A stretch of 58,353 bases of DNA, taken from NCBI GenBank assembly GCA_046761005.1, contig JBHIFI010000004.1:1-58353 (forward strand), in the 5' to 3' direction. Made by a program: the position numbers and the translations under genes. Below, in pieces: positions 1 to 11,093 of this stretch. Each line of letters starts with the position of its first letter. Positions within the stretch are counted from its first letter, which is position 1. This stretch comes from Thermoplasmata archaeon (GTDB taxonomy: Archaea > Thermoplasmatota > Thermoplasmata > RBG-16-68-12 > JAGMCJ01). The notes under the pieces are model-generated. The model searched no databases, was not told the origin of the DNA, and was given only the letters and a program-made list of their open reading frames with translations.

Positions 1-238
1 TTCATTATCAGGGACGACGAAAGGCATATCTGCAAGGTTCTCTCTGCAACGACTTCAAGGACAGAAAAACTGAGGGTCTATGCCTCCACATCATTTCTTG
101 GTATGTATGCACGCCTTGTTATGCGTCTTCACGTACTCAGCTACGACCGCGTTCTGCTCTTCCGTTATGTTGACGCTCTCCCTTAGCTTGCGAAAAAGTA
201 GAAATAAGAAGACACATTCGGTAAGTGAGGCGGGAAGT

Positions 239-1501
239 ATGGCAATGAGAGAGTATCTGGAGCATTTTGAAGACCTACAGGTAGTGGAAGAACCCGTAGA
301 GGAGGACTCCTACATCACCAAGAAGCTTAGAGAGAATCCGACGACCCCCTTCCTCTTCGAAGATTTGAAGGGTTTCCGAGTCGCGGGAAACGTTTGGGCG
401 ACCCGCGAAAGGATAGCCAGCGCGTTGGGTCAGATGCAGGACGAGCTCCTTCTGAAGATGCTGGAGGCTATGAAGAATCCCGCGGACTTCGACGTCATCG
501 AGGACGCTCCTGTTCTGAAGAATATCGTTGACGACGTCGACCTTATGAGATCCCCCATAAACAAGTGGTATCCCGGAGACGGGGGAAGATACATCACATC
601 CGGTGTTGTGTTTGCAGAACTGGAAGAGAAGAGGAACATGTCCTTCCACAGGATGATGGTTTTGGATGAGACGAGACTTGCGGCCAGAGTGGTTCCCAGA
701 CACCTGTATGCGATGAGGAAGGAGGCCCTGGAAAGGGGAGAGGAGCTCAAGATCGCCGTGGCCATAGGTCTTTGCCCCTCGATTCTTCTGCCCGCCGGCA
801 TGTCAGTAGGCTATGAAACGGACGAGCTAAGGATTGCGGCGGCGCTAAGGTTAGCCACCCTCGGAGAGAATGTAGGAGCAACGACAATAAAGAGCGGTCT
901 CACTGTCCCTGGTTATGCCGAATACGTCCTGGAGGGGAGCATGATTGACGAGACGGCGAAAGAGGGTCCATTCGTGGACATCACTGGCACGTATGACAAG
1001 GTAAGAGACGAGCCCGTCATCGTGATAGACCGCATCTATCATATGGATGACCCGATATACCACGCCCTCCTGCCAGGAGGAAGAGAGCACTACCTCTTCA
1101 TGGGGATGCCACGCGAGCCGATGATCTATGAAAGCGTGAAAAAGGTCGTTCCCAAGGTAGGCGGTGTCCGCCTGACCGAAGGAGGATGCTGCTGGCTTCA
1201 CGGAGTCGTCTCCATAGAGAAGCAGGTGGAGGGCGATCCGAAGAACGCCATTATGGCTGCCTTCACGGGTCATCCCTCGCTGAAGCGTGTCATAATAGTG
1301 GACAATGATATTGACATTTACAACGACGAGAATGTTGAATGGGCACTGGCGACCCGATTCCAAGCTGACAGGGATATGGTCAAGGTGAAGCGCGCCCGCG
1401 GGAGTTCACTAGACCCGAGTGCGGGAGACACGACGACAAAGCTGGGCATTGATGCGACAAAGCCGCTCGCGGGGAAGGGCTTCGAGAGGGCTGGTTTATA
1501 G
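239..1501 (+). CDS. ubiD: UbiD-family prFMN-dependent decarboxylase (possibly anhydromevalonate phosphate decarboxylase)
   Basis: Motifs DGGRYITSG, NMSFHRM, EGPFVDITGTY, VDNDIDIY..VEWALATR, KLGIDATKP. Start set at ATG 239 (after GAGG); the ORF extension from 80 looks spurious. Confidence 0.9.
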   Translation: MAMREYLEHFEDLQVVEEPVEEDSYITKKLRENPTTPFLFEDLKGFRVAGNVWATRERIASALGQMQDELLLKMLEAMKNPADFDVIEDAPVLKNIVDDVDLMRSPINKWYPGDGGRYITSGVVFAELEEKRNMSFHRMMVLDETRLAARVVPRHLYAMRKEALERGEELKIAVAIGLCPSILLPAGMSVGYETDELRIAAALRLATLGENVGATTIKSGLTVPGYAEYVLEGSMIDETAKEGPFVDITGTYDKVRDEPVIVIDRIYHMDDPIYHALLPGGREHYLFMGMPREPMIYESVKKVVPKVGGVRLTEGGCCWLHGVVSIEKQVEGDPKNAIMAAFTGHPSLKRVIIVDNDIDIYNDENVEWALATRFQADRDMVKVKRARGSSLDPSAGDTTTKLGIDATKPLAGKGFERAGL

Positions 1502-1637
1502 GTCCGGAAACACGGAGCCATCTAGACAATTTCTAAGACTCGTCCCCGATTAACTTCTGAAGAACGGAGATGGGGGGTTGATAACCGAGCATCAAGACTT
1601 ATATAGACACCCTTCGATTGTCGCGACTAGTGTTCCC

Positions 1638-4304
1638 ATGAGACGAATCATTTCCCTTCTCCTTGCTCTGATGTTCATCGTCATTTCCCTGAGCTTCTCA
1701 ACTCCGCGGGAAGAGAAGTATCGTCCTCCCTTTGGACCCATATTGACACCTCCAAACCCAGAGGTCTATGGCTCTATGCCAACGCCAGGATTCAAGGAAT
1801 ATCCGAGGACGAAGGGAACGCGCTCAATCGGGACGGAAGAGCTTCTCGTCATATTAGTCGAGTTCACGGATTTCAGCCATCAGGGGTCGAACACGCAGGC
1901 CAAATACCAGAACCTGATGTTTAGCACGGACCCTGGTGAAGGCAGCCTCCACAACTACTACGATGAGGTTTCCTACGATCAACTCAATGTTGTCGGAAAT
2001 GTGTCTTCCTGGTATACGGTACTCAATCCGATGGGAGAGTACGGAGAGGACAGTACTACTGGCGTCGATGATTTGAATGGTCCCATCTACAGACTGGTTA
2101 CGGATGCGGTTCTGCTGGCGGATACTGATATAGACTTCAGCCAATATGACAATGATGGAGACGGAATAATCGACCATCTAGCCGTCGTGCACGCAGGACA
2201 GGGACAAGAATCCTCTTTGAACCCAAACACGATATGGTCGCACAGATGGGCGGTTCTCGATGCGGACCTCTCCGCTCCCGGAAACCAGCAGCTCATGGTG
2301 GACGGTGTTCAAGTCTACTGGTACACGATGCAGTCGGAGTTCTCTCCTGTCGGTGTATTCGCTCATGAGTTCGGGCATGACCTGGGCTTGGTAGACCTTT
2401 ATGACTCGGACGATGACAGCGAGGGGATAGGGTCATGGGGACTCATGGGGCAGGGTGCCTGGCTCGGAACTCCAGCGGGCTCGGAGCCCGCACATCCATG
2501 CGCCTGGTCAAAAGTGGAAGTCGGATGGGTGGTGCCCTTCGAGGTGCTGACCCCTCTCACGGATGAGTCCATACCACAGGTCGAAACCTCACCTGTAATC
2601 TATAAGCTTCCAGTGGGAGAGTCTGCAGCGGGAGAGGAGTATTTTCTCATAGAGAACAGGCAGAGGGTTGGCTTCGACTCAGCCCTCCCGGGAAGTGGTC
2701 TCCTTATTTGGCATATAGATGAAAGCGTGGACAGCAATGACGACCAGTTTCACAGGAAGGTGGATTTGGAGGAGGCCGACGAGGCCAACGGGGAAAATCC
2801 CACTCAGATGACCGATCCCTGGTTTGATTCAACGGAGGGTTTCACTCCCACATCGATACCGGACAGCAGCTCCTATACGAATGTAAGAACTGGCTGGAAG
2901 GTGAGGAACATCTCTCCCTCAAGCCCTCTCATGACTGCAGACATAACGAAAGAGGTCGAGGACGATCTGGCGGTCAAAGCTGTAAATGTGAAGAGCATCG
3001 CCCGGATCGGGGAAACCCTGACGATTCGAGCCAGCATAGAGAATAAGGGAACGAACAACAAGACGGATTTCAACGTCACACTAACTGTCTACAATAACAG
3101 CTATGATTCAGCGTCAGAAGTATACAATGAGACTATGACTGTGAATTCGCTTCCGAGTCGGATAGAGATGAACCTCACCTGGACTTATGCGCCCACCATC
3201 TCAGGAAAGATTCTCTTCGAGGTCTTCGTGAACCTCACGAATGATGAAATCCCTGAGAACAACGATAGGATAGTTCATTCGACAGTCAATACCATCTACT
3301 TCTTTGATGATGTTGAGAGCGGGAACATCGGATGGGAAACGAACTCGGCGGGTGTCGTCTACCGATGGGAGATAGTGGATGACACTATGCCTGGAGGCGG
3401 GAGCCACAGCTCCATCCATTCATGGAAGTTCGGTTTCTTTGGCGATCTAATGTGGGGACTTCCAACGGAGCGTCTGTACTTGCAATCGGAAAACATCTCG
3501 GTCTCAGGCGGTTCCACCGCCTATTTCAGCTTCTTCCACAAGTACTTCCTTGGGATGTCGCAGGAACGGGAAGGATTCACCCTCCGCAGGACGGACATCG
3601 CAAGAGTTCTGATATCTGTTGATGGGGGTCCATGGAACTTACTTGAGACTTTCGAGTTTTCCCAAGGATCTTGGAAGCTCAGCCTTTACGATATTTCTGC
3701 CAGTATTTCCCCCGGTAGTTCGGATGTTCGCATTAGGTTTGACATCGATGTTAGAGTACTCCCGAAATCCGGCGGGTGGTGGATTGACGATATCGCGATA
3801 CTCGAAAGCCCGCCAGAAGAGGGGCTCGTCCTGAGGATATACGAGAATACCGACAGCGTTGACCCTGGTGGCTATGCAGGCTATCTCATAAAGCTCACCA
3901 ATGTGGGAGACTTCTCGGACATATTCAGGTTCAGAATAGACTACCTCGTGCAGGGATGGAGCGCCTACCTGAGCCAGAACGCATCCAATATCGAAACCGT
4001 GCAGGACTTCGAGATAAGCCTCGGCCGGGATGAGGAAGCTATTCTGTTTCTTACGATCAGGACAACGGAAGAGACACCGAGAGGGAAAAAGGTGGAGAGC
4101 ATTCTTGCAGCAACCTCTCTGGGAGACACGAGCAAGAAAGACTCGGTAACCGTCATCACGATAATCAGGGAAGACCCGCTCTTTGGACTCCTCATAAAGA
4201 TATTCACATATGGCATCATCCTCCTCATCGTTCTGGCGGTTGTGGCACTGATTGTATCCCACCTGCGGGGAAGAAAATACAAACCTAAATATCCCCGCTG
4301 GTAA
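1638..4304 (+). CDS. Secreted, membrane-anchored M6 (immune inhibitor A-like) metalloprotease with CARDB, MAM-like and Ig-like domains
   Basis: Signal peptide MRRIISLLLALMFIVISLSFS; AHEFGHDLGLVDLYD zinc motif; WGLMGQG Met-turn; EYFLIENRQ..GFD..LPG.GLLIWHID; C-terminal TM plus basic tail; TATA-like TTATATA ~35 nt upstream. Confidence 0.9.
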   Translation: MRRIISLLLALMFIVISLSFSTPREEKYRPPFGPILTPPNPEVYGSMPTPGFKEYPRTKGTRSIGTEELLVILVEFTDFSHQGSNTQAKYQNLMFSTDPGEGSLHNYYDEVSYDQLNVVGNVSSWYTVLNPMGEYGEDSTTGVDDLNGPIYRLVTDAVLLADTDIDFSQYDNDGDGIIDHLAVVHAGQGQESSLNPNTIWSHRWAVLDADLSAPGNQQLMVDGVQVYWYTMQSEFSPVGVFAHEFGHDLGLVDLYDSDDDSEGIGSWGLMGQGAWLGTPAGSEPAHPCAWSKVEVGWVVPFEVLTPLTDESIPQVETSPVIYKLPVGESAAGEEYFLIENRQRVGFDSALPGSGLLIWHIDESVDSNDDQFHRKVDLEEADEANGENPTQMTDPWFDSTEGFTPTSIPDSSSYTNVRTGWKVRNISPSSPLMTADITKEVEDDLAVKAVNVKSIARIGETLTIRASIENKGTNNKTDFNVTLTVYNNSYDSASEVYNETMTVNSLPSRIEMNLTWTYAPTISGKILFEVFVNLTNDEIPENNDRIVHSTVNTIYFFDDVESGNIGWETNSAGVVYRWEIVDDTMPGGGSHSSIHSWKFGFFGDLMWGLPTERLYLQSENISVSGGSTAYFSFFHKYFLGMSQEREGFTLRRTDIARVLISVDGGPWNLLETFEFSQGSWKLSLYDISASISPGSSDVRIRFDIDVRVLPKSGGWWIDDIAILESPPEEGLVLRIYENTDSVDPGGYAGYLIKLTNVGDFSDIFRFRIDYLVQGWSAYLSQNASNIETVQDFEISLGRDEEAILFLTIRTTEETPRGKKVESILAATSLGDTSKKDSVTVITIIREDPLFGLLIKIFTYGIILLIVLAVVALIVSHLRGRKYKPKYPRW

Positions 4305-4313
4305 TTTCCTATT

Positions 4314-5969
4314 GTGTTTGTGGAACATCCTCTTCTCAAGGATGGTCACATCGAGGAGAGAGAGTATCAGATAAGAATTGCCAAGTCCTGCTCCAAGAGG
4401 TCCACGCTCGTCGTTCTACCCACGGGCATGGGAAAGACTGTCATCGCTATTCTTGTAATCGCAGACACAATCGCCAAGGGAAAGAAGATTCTCTTTCTTG
4501 CGCCCACCAAGCCGCTTGTGGCACAGCACGCAAAATCGTTAGGGAACTTCATGAAGAACCCGAACCTCGTTCAATTCACGGGAGAGGTCCCACCCTCCTC
4601 GCGCATCGATCTTTGGCGGGAGCACGACATCGTTGTATCCACGCCTCAGGTCATACAGAATGACCTAGAATCTCGTCACATAGATTTGAGTGACCTCTCG
4701 CTGGTGATATTCGATGAGGCCCATCGGGCGGTCGGTGACTACGCTTACGTCCCAATAGGCAAGCTGTGCAAGGAGAGTAGAATCCTCACGCTCGGGATGA
4801 CAGCGTCGCCGGGAAGCGACCCCGCCAAAATCCTCGAAGTGTGTGATAACCTCGGAATCGTCGGCGTGGAGATAAGAACGGACTACGACCCGGATGTTGT
4901 GAAGTATATTCATGACATCGATGTGGATTACATCGGCATTGAGGTCCCGGAGAACTTGAAGAAGATAATTACCCAACTGAGAAAGGCCCTGGGCAAGCAG
5001 GTTGAGGAGCTGAGGAAGTACGGATTCCTTCAAACGGACAAACCAGTGACTCGGCGGGACCTACTGGACGTTCAAAAGGAGATCCAGAGCAGACTCGCGA
5101 AAGGGGAGAAGCACTACAAACTCTTCAGGTCAGCGACTTTGCAGGCAATGGCGATGAAGATCGATTATGCTATTGAGTTTGCTGAGTCTCAGGGAATAGA
5201 CGCGCTGAGGGAGTATTTCGACAGGATGATTGAGGAGAGTAAGGATAAGCGCGCAAAGAAGTCGTCAAAGGAAATCCTCAAGAATTTTGAGGTGTTGCAG
5301 GCGTTGAGCCTTACGAAGGGAGAGGGATTCGACAGACCGAAGCTGAGGAAGGTAATCGAGATCTTGAAGAGGCAGTTCAGGGAGAAGGAGGAGTCTCTGG
5401 CGATAGTCTTCACTCACTACAGGGACACCTCTGAAACTGTGACGCGGCAGCTCGAGAAGATTAGTGGATTCAGACCTGCGAGATTCGTGGGGCAGGCTAG
5501 TAGAGGAGAGGATCGAGGACTCAAGCAGAAGGAGCAAGTCGAGACCATAGAGAAGTTTAAGCAGGGCGTCTACAATGTTCTCGTTGCGACTAGGGTGGCC
5601 GAGGAGGGCCTTGATATTCCATCAACAGATCTGGTCATATTCTACGAGCCCATACCCTCGGAAATAAGAACGATACAAAGAAGAGGGAGGACAGGAAGAA
5701 AGAGGCCAGGAAAGGTTGTTGTTCTAGGTTCCAAAAGCACGAGGGACGAGTGGTATCACATCTCCGCCAAGAGAAAGGAAAGAAGAATGCACCGAGAGCT
5801 CGAAAAGCTCAGGCAGGAACTAAAGCAGAGTATTTTTGTCGGCGAACCTGGTCAGGAGACCTTCGGTGATGCTGGAGATATGATAAGCGATCTCAGAAAA
5901 AGGTTAGAAAAGAAAATGGAAAAGCGGCCCGCGAAGAATACGAAGCAGGTTTCTCTCGAGGACTATTGA
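4314..5969 (+). CDS. hef: Hef/FANCM(Mph1)-like SF2 helicase, no ERCC4 nuclease domain, C-terminal PIP box (copy 1)
   Basis: LPTGMGKT, DEAH, MTASPG, FVGQ, EEGLDIP, QRRGRTGR; ends KQVSLEDY. Confidence 0.9.
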   Translation: MFVEHPLLKDGHIEEREYQIRIAKSCSKRSTLVVLPTGMGKTVIAILVIADTIAKGKKILFLAPTKPLVAQHAKSLGNFMKNPNLVQFTGEVPPSSRIDLWREHDIVVSTPQVIQNDLESRHIDLSDLSLVIFDEAHRAVGDYAYVPIGKLCKESRILTLGMTASPGSDPAKILEVCDNLGIVGVEIRTDYDPDVVKYIHDIDVDYIGIEVPENLKKIITQLRKALGKQVEELRKYGFLQTDKPVTRRDLLDVQKEIQSRLAKGEKHYKLFRSATLQAMAMKIDYAIEFAESQGIDALREYFDRMIEESKDKRAKKSSKEILKNFEVLQALSLTKGEGFDRPKLRKVIEILKRQFREKEESLAIVFTHYRDTSETVTRQLEKISGFRPARFVGQASRGEDRGLKQKEQVETIEKFKQGVYNVLVATRVAEEGLDIPSTDLVIFYEPIPSEIRTIQRRGRTGRKRPGKVVVLGSKSTRDEWYHISAKRKERRMHRELEKLRQELKQSIFVGEPGQETFGDAGDMISDLRKRLEKKMEKRPAKNTKQVSLEDY

Positions 5970-6095
5970 CAGCGACATCACTGGGCTTCTTCCATGTCGG
6001 GCTACATTATCATCATCGATTTACAGGCAGATTGCCAGTGCGACTATCCTTATATACAACTTCATCCTTAATCAAAGGACTACGGAGTGAGAACA

Positions 6096-6524
6096 TTGGC
6101 CAGAGGTCTTTACGCGGGACGAAAGCTGAAGAAGAATCGAAGCAAGCTCAGATGGAGCGATCGCTATTACAAGAGGAGAATGCTCAGGCTCAGGGAGAAG
6201 TCCGACCCGCTAGAGGGCTCTGCGCAGGCAAAAGGCATTGTCCTGGAAAAAGTGGGCATCGAGGCAAAGCAGCCCAACTCCGCAATAAGGAAATGCGTAA
6301 AAATCCAGCTCATCAAGAACGGCCGCCTGATCACGGCATTCGCTGTGGGCGACGGAGCAATCAACTTCATTGATGAGCACGATGAGGTCTTGGTCGAGGG
6401 AATCGGCGGGAGGATGGGTCGTTCATATGGTGATCTGCCTGGCGTCAGGTTCAAAGTCATCAAAGTGAACGATGTCTCCTTGGACGAGCTCGTAAGGGGA
6501 AGAAAAGAGAAACCGATAAGGTAA
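6096..6524 (+). CDS. rps12: 30S ribosomal protein S12 (uS12)
   Basis: [10 protein letters not shown]...[21 protein letters not shown]...[10 protein letters not shown]; TTG start at 6096 (GTG at 6087 is an alternative). Confidence 0.98.
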   Translation: MARGLYAGRKLKKNRSKLRWSDRYYKRRMLRLREKSDPLEGSAQAKGIVLEKVGIEAKQPNSAIRKCVKIQLIKNGRLITAFAVGDGAINFIDEHDEVLVEGIGGRMGRSYGDLPGVRFKVIKVNDVSLDELVRGRKEKPIR

Positions 6525-6534
6525 TGGTGATTTT

Positions 6535-7188
6535 CTGAAAGAAGAGAAGACCGAGACTGAACCGCCGAAGGAGAAGGAGACGACTGAGCCACCCGAAAAG
6601 CCCGAATCCCGGGTGAAAGAGTCGTCTGGTGTGCTCTTATTCAATGAATATGACCTTTCCGAGGTTGTAATAAGGGACAAGGGCCTGGGAAGATACATCA
6701 ATCTCGAGCCTGTCGTCATCCCGCACAGTGGCGGGAGACATGCCAACAAGCGATTCGGAAAGGCGAAGACCAATATCATCGAGAGGCTCATCAACAATAT
6801 GATGAGAACCGAGAACTATACCGGAAAGAAGACCAAATCCTATGCCGTGGTTCGGAATGCACTGAAGATAATACACGAAAGGACAAAAACGCATCCCGTT
6901 CAGGTTTTCGTTCAAGCTCTCGAGAACGCAGCTCCCAGGGAGGAGATTACTCGACTCCGCTTTGGCGGGATAAATGTTCCAAGGGCAGTGGACATATCCC
7001 CTTCCAGAAGACTGGATATGGTCCTTAGGAACATATGCAAAGGTGCGGTTGCCGCGTCTCACAAGAACAAGAAGCCCGCCGAGCTCTGTCTCGCTGAGGA
7101 AATAATTCTGGCCTCGAAGGGTGACATGAATTCCTTTGCCGTTTCGAAGAGAGACGAATTCGAGAGAGTTGCCGCCTCTGCGCGCTAG
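6535..7188 (+). CDS. rps7: 30S ribosomal protein S7 (uS7) with an acidic/Pro-rich N-terminal extension
   Basis: PHSGGRH..KRFGK...IIERLIN, ALENAAPREE, AVDISPSRR, ERVAASAR. Start uncertain: CTG 6535 after a GGTGA SD, or GTG 6613. Confidence 0.95.
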   Translation: MKEEKTETEPPKEKETTEPPEKPESRVKESSGVLLFNEYDLSEVVIRDKGLGRYINLEPVVIPHSGGRHANKRFGKAKTNIIERLINNMMRTENYTGKKTKSYAVVRNALKIIHERTKTHPVQVFVQALENAAPREEITRLRFGGINVPRAVDISPSRRLDMVLRNICKGAVAASHKNKKPAELCLAEEIILASKGDMNSFAVSKRDEFERVAASAR

Positions 7189-7191
7189 GAG

Positions 7192-9396
7192 ATGACCATG
7201 GGAAGAAAGGAGGAAAACATAAGAAGGGCCCAGGCTCTTATGCACAAGATCGATTTCATACGGAATATCGGAACCGCGGCCCACATCGATCATGGCAAGA
7301 CGACTTTGAGCGACAATCTGATCGCGGGGGCGGGGATGATGTCAGAGGAGCTCGCTGGAAAGCAATTGCTGCTCGACTACGATGAGCAGGAGCAGGCCCG
7401 GGGAATCACCATAAACGCGGCAAACGTCTCAATGGTGCATGAATACGAGGGGAATGAATATCTCATCAATTTGATAGACACACCGGGTCACGTGGATTTT
7501 GGTGGGGATGTCACGCGAGCAATGCGCGCAATTGATGGCGTCATCATTGTCGTCTGTGCGGTTGAGGGAGTGATGCCACAGACGGAGACGGTCATCAGAC
7601 AGGCTATGAAGGAGAAGGTCAAACCTATTCTTTTCGTAAACAAGGTCGACAGACTCATCAACGAGCTCAGGGTCGATTCAGATGAGATGCAGCAGAGGTT
7701 CCTGAAGATAATAATGGAGGTCAATGAGAGAATCAAGAAACTTGCACCTGAGGAGTTCAAGAACGAGTGGGTAGTAAAGGTGGAGGATGGTAGCGTGGCC
7801 TTCGGTTCCGCCCTCTACAACTGGGCAATTTCAGTGCCCTTCATGGAAAGGAGCGATATAACCTTCAAGGACGTATATGATTACTGCGCAAACGATGATC
7901 AGAAGACACTTGCAAAGGTCGCTCCCATACATCAAGTTCTGCTCGACATGGTAATAAAGCACATGCCCAATCCAGTAGTGGCACAGAAAACAAGAATTCC
8001 TCACATCTGGCACGGCGATCTCGACTCCGAAATCGGAAAGGCCATGATTAACTGCAAAGAGGACGGGCCGGTAGCCCTCATGGTGACGAAAATAGTAATG
8101 GACCCTCACGCGGGCGAGATATCCGTCGGTCGTCTTTTTAGCGGGAGGATGAACAAGGGGCAGGAACTCCAGGTGATAGGCATGCCCAACCCGAACAGGG
8201 TGCAGAACGTTGCTCTTTCAGTAGGAGCGGACAGGATAACGGTGGAGGAAATCGATGCGGGCAACATTGTCGCCGTATCTGGTCTCAAGGACGCAATCGC
8301 CGGATCGACAGTATCCTCGGACCCGAACATGGAGGCGTTCGAAAGAATCGTTCACTACTCCGAACCAGTCGTCACCGTTGCCATCGAGGCAAAGCAAACG
8401 AAAGATCTGCCCAAGCTTGTCGACGTCCTCAGAATCATATCGAAGGCCGATCCCTCCATTCAGGTCGAGATAAACCAAGAGACGGGAGAACATCTCCTCT
8501 CTGGGATGGGAGAGTTGCATCTTGAGATTACTGAGTACAGAATAATAAATGATCATGGTGTGGAGATAACATCATCCGAACCGATAGTCGTATACAGGGA
8601 ATCGATAGAGGGAAGTGGAGGGCCATTCGAGGGCAAGTCCCCAAACAAGCACAACCGCTTCTACCTCGAGGTCGAGCCACTTGAGAAGGAGGTAACAGAG
8701 GCCATTCTCTCTGGAGAGATTCAATCGGGGGGAAAGATAAAGCGCACGAAGGAACTGGCAAAGAAGCTCCAGGATCTCGGAATGGACAAGAAGGAGTCCA
8801 AGAACGTCTCTGCCATTCACAACTCCAATATGTTTATCAATGCAACGTGGGGGATTCAGTACCTTCACGAGACGATAGAGTTGTGCAATGATGCATTCGT
8901 GGATGCGATGGAGAAGGGCCCCCTTGCGCAGGAGAGATGTCAAGGGGTTAAGGTCAGACTTGCAGATGCGAAACTTCATGAGGACAGCATCCACAGAGGA
9001 CCGGCCCAGGTGATACCTGCGGTGAGGTCAGCGATCTATGGAGCCATGTGTCAGGCGGGTAGGGTCCTCTTGGAGCCCAAGCAGAAGGTTTTCATAAATG
9101 TCCCTCAGAACCTTCTCGGAAATGGGGTGAGGGAGATGCAACAGAGGAGGGCGGTCATAGAGGATATGACTCAGGACGAGGAGATGGCGAACATAGTCGC
9201 TAAGGCTCCCGTTGCCGAGATGTTTGGATTCGCAACATCGATAAGGAGCGCGACAACTGGTAGAGCCCTCTGGTCCACCGAGAACTCGGGCTTCGAGAAG
9301 CTTCCCGCTGACCTCCAACCTGATGTTGTGAGGGGGATAAGAACCAGAAAGGGGCTGAAGCCAGAGCCTTATGATGAGAAATACTACATGGCCTGA
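7192..9396 (+). CDS. fusA: Translation elongation factor 2 (aEF-2)
   Basis: [21 protein letters not shown], diphthamide loop [12 protein letters not shown]. Confidence 0.99.
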   Translation: MTMGRKEENIRRAQALMHKIDFIRNIGTAAHIDHGKTTLSDNLIAGAGMMSEELAGKQLLLDYDEQEQARGITINAANVSMVHEYEGNEYLINLIDTPGHVDFGGDVTRAMRAIDGVIIVVCAVEGVMPQTETVIRQAMKEKVKPILFVNKVDRLINELRVDSDEMQQRFLKIIMEVNERIKKLAPEEFKNEWVVKVEDGSVAFGSALYNWAISVPFMERSDITFKDVYDYCANDDQKTLAKVAPIHQVLLDMVIKHMPNPVVAQKTRIPHIWHGDLDSEIGKAMINCKEDGPVALMVTKIVMDPHAGEISVGRLFSGRMNKGQELQVIGMPNPNRVQNVALSVGADRITVEEIDAGNIVAVSGLKDAIAGSTVSSDPNMEAFERIVHYSEPVVTVAIEAKQTKDLPKLVDVLRIISKADPSIQVEINQETGEHLLSGMGELHLEITEYRIINDHGVEITSSEPIVVYRESIEGSGGPFEGKSPNKHNRFYLEVEPLEKEVTEAILSGEIQSGGKIKRTKELAKKLQDLGMDKKESKNVSAIHNSNMFINATWGIQYLHETIELCNDAFVDAMEKGPLAQERCQGVKVRLADAKLHEDSIHRGPAQVIPAVRSAIYGAMCQAGRVLLEPKQKVFINVPQNLLGNGVREMQQRRAVIEDMTQDEEMANIVAKAPVAEMFGFATSIRSATTGRALWSTENSGFEKLPADLQPDVVRGIRTRKGLKPEPYDEKYYMA

Positions 9397-9450
9397 GAAG
9401 GAAAAAGAGATAAATAGCGAGAGGCATTAAGGAGGGAAAATTAAGGAGAT

Positions 9451-10728
9451 ATGAGTATGCCAGAAAAACCTCATCTGAACTTGGTGTTCATAGGCCATGT
9501 CGACCACGGAAAATCCACTCTAGTAGGGAGACTGCTGCTTGAGACGGAATCTATAGAAGCCCACGTGATCGAGAGGTACAGAAAGGAGGCTGAAGAAAAG
9601 GGAAAGGCGACATTCGAGTTTGCGTGGGTAATGGACAAGTTGAAGGAAGAGAGAGAAAGAGGCCTCACGATAGATGTGGCCCATAAAAGGTTTGACACAG
9701 ACAAGTTCTACTTCACTATAATCGATGCACCCGGTCACAGAGACTTCGTCAAGAACATGATTACGGGTACGAGTCAGGCGGACGGAGCTGTACTCGTCGT
9801 TTCTGTTCCTGACGGACCGCAGGCCCAGACGAAGGAGCACGTATTCCTGGCGAGGACGCTGGGAGTGGAACAGATGATCGTTGCAATGAACAAGATGGAT
9901 ACCACCAGGCCAGAGTATGACGAGAAGAGGTATAATGATGTCAAGGAGCAGGTTTCCTCTCTCCTCACGTCCGTTGGCTACAATGTGGATGACATCCCGT
10001 TCATACCGGTCAGTGCCTTCAAGGGGGACAATGCCACGAAGCCCTCAGACAATCTGGGCTGGTTCAAGGGACCAACGATTCTTCAGTCGTTAGATCTGCT
10101 GACAGTACCACCCAAGCCCACCGAGCTTCCGCTCAGGTTGCCCATTCAGGATGTGTATACAATCACGGGAATCGGAACCGTTCCAGTCGGAAGGGTCGAG
10201 ACTGGCGTGCTCCTGCCAGATATGAAGATATCCATGCAGCCCGCGGATAAGACAGCCGATGTCAAATCCATCGAGATGCACCACGAAACTATTCCGAAGG
10301 CGGAGCCTGGGGACAATGTGGGCTTCAACGTCAGAGGAATAGCCAGGACTGACATCAGGAGGGGAGATGTTGCTGGACCTCACGAGAATCCTCCGACCGT
10401 AGCCAGCTCATTTACCGCAAGGATTATGGTGCTGAATCATCCCAGCGTGATTACCAAGGGATACACTCCCGTCTTTCACTGCCACACGGCACAGGTTGCA
10501 TGCACATTTGAGGAGCTCCAGGCAAAGCTGGATGCAAAGACCGGTGAAACGATAGAAGAGAATCCGGAGTTTCTGAAGACGGGAGATGCGGCGATCGTCA
10601 AAATCAGACCAACGAAGCCGATGGTGATTGAGAAAACGAGTGATTTCCCACAATTGGGAAGATTTGCAATCAGAGATATGGGTCAGACCGTCGCTGCCGG
10701 TATGTGCATCGACGTGGAGAAGAAGTGA
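9451..10728 (+). CDS. tuf: Translation elongation factor 1-alpha
   Basis: [41 protein letters not shown]. Confidence 0.99.
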   Translation: MSMPEKPHLNLVFIGHVDHGKSTLVGRLLLETESIEAHVIERYRKEAEEKGKATFEFAWVMDKLKEERERGLTIDVAHKRFDTDKFYFTIIDAPGHRDFVKNMITGTSQADGAVLVVSVPDGPQAQTKEHVFLARTLGVEQMIVAMNKMDTTRPEYDEKRYNDVKEQVSSLLTSVGYNVDDIPFIPVSAFKGDNATKPSDNLGWFKGPTILQSLDLLTVPPKPTELPLRLPIQDVYTITGIGTVPVGRVETGVLLPDMKISMQPADKTADVKSIEMHHETIPKAEPGDNVGFNVRGIARTDIRRGDVAGPHENPPTVASSFTARIMVLNHPSVITKGYTPVFHCHTAQVACTFEELQAKLDAKTGETIEENPEFLKTGDAAIVKIRPTKPMVIEKTSDFPQLGRFAIRDMGQTVAAGMCIDVEKK

Positions 10729-10737
10729 TCCTATCTC

Positions 10738-10763
10738 CTCTTTTTCCTTTTTTTGGGTTTTTT
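10738..10763 (+). terminator. T-rich tract between tuf and rps10 (probable partial terminator)
   Basis: CTCTTTTTCCTTTTTTTGGGTTTTTT shortly after the tuf stop; archaeal intrinsic terminators are oligo-T. Confidence 0.5.
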
Positions 10764-10764
10764 G

Positions 10765-11079
10765 ATGGTGCAAAAAGTTAAGATTTTTTTGTATGGGGCT
10801 GACCGGGAGAAGATTGACCAGGTTTGCGGGCAGATAAGGACGATCTCCGAGAAGACTGGCGTAGCGATGAGCGGTCCCATTCCCCTCCCCACGAAGAAGA
10901 TCGTCGTTCCCTGCAGGAAGAGCCCAGACGGGGAGGGATCCGAAACCTGGGACAGGTGGGAGATGAGGATTCACAAGAGGCTTATCTTTCTCGACGCTGA
11001 TGATAGAAGGGCCCTCATGCAGGTCATGAGGATTCCCTATCCAGACGGTGTTCACATAGAGATTGAGCTGAGATCGTAG
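10765..11079 (+). CDS. rps10: 30S ribosomal protein S10 (uS10)
   Basis: [37 protein letters not shown]; followed directly by T6 (11080-11085). Confidence 0.98.
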   Translation: MVQKVKIFLYGADREKIDQVCGQIRTISEKTGVAMSGPIPLPTKKIVVPCRKSPDGEGSETWDRWEMRIHKRLIFLDADDRRALMQVMRIPYPDGVHIEIELRS

Positions 11080-11093
11080 TTTTTTCGGAATCG

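Noticed and set aside
1-238. ORF extension 80-238 of ubiD and an open frame 1-186
   Set aside because: The extension does not resemble UbiD and spans a promoter-like A-rich tract; the edge fragment has no recognisable motif, so it was left uncalled.
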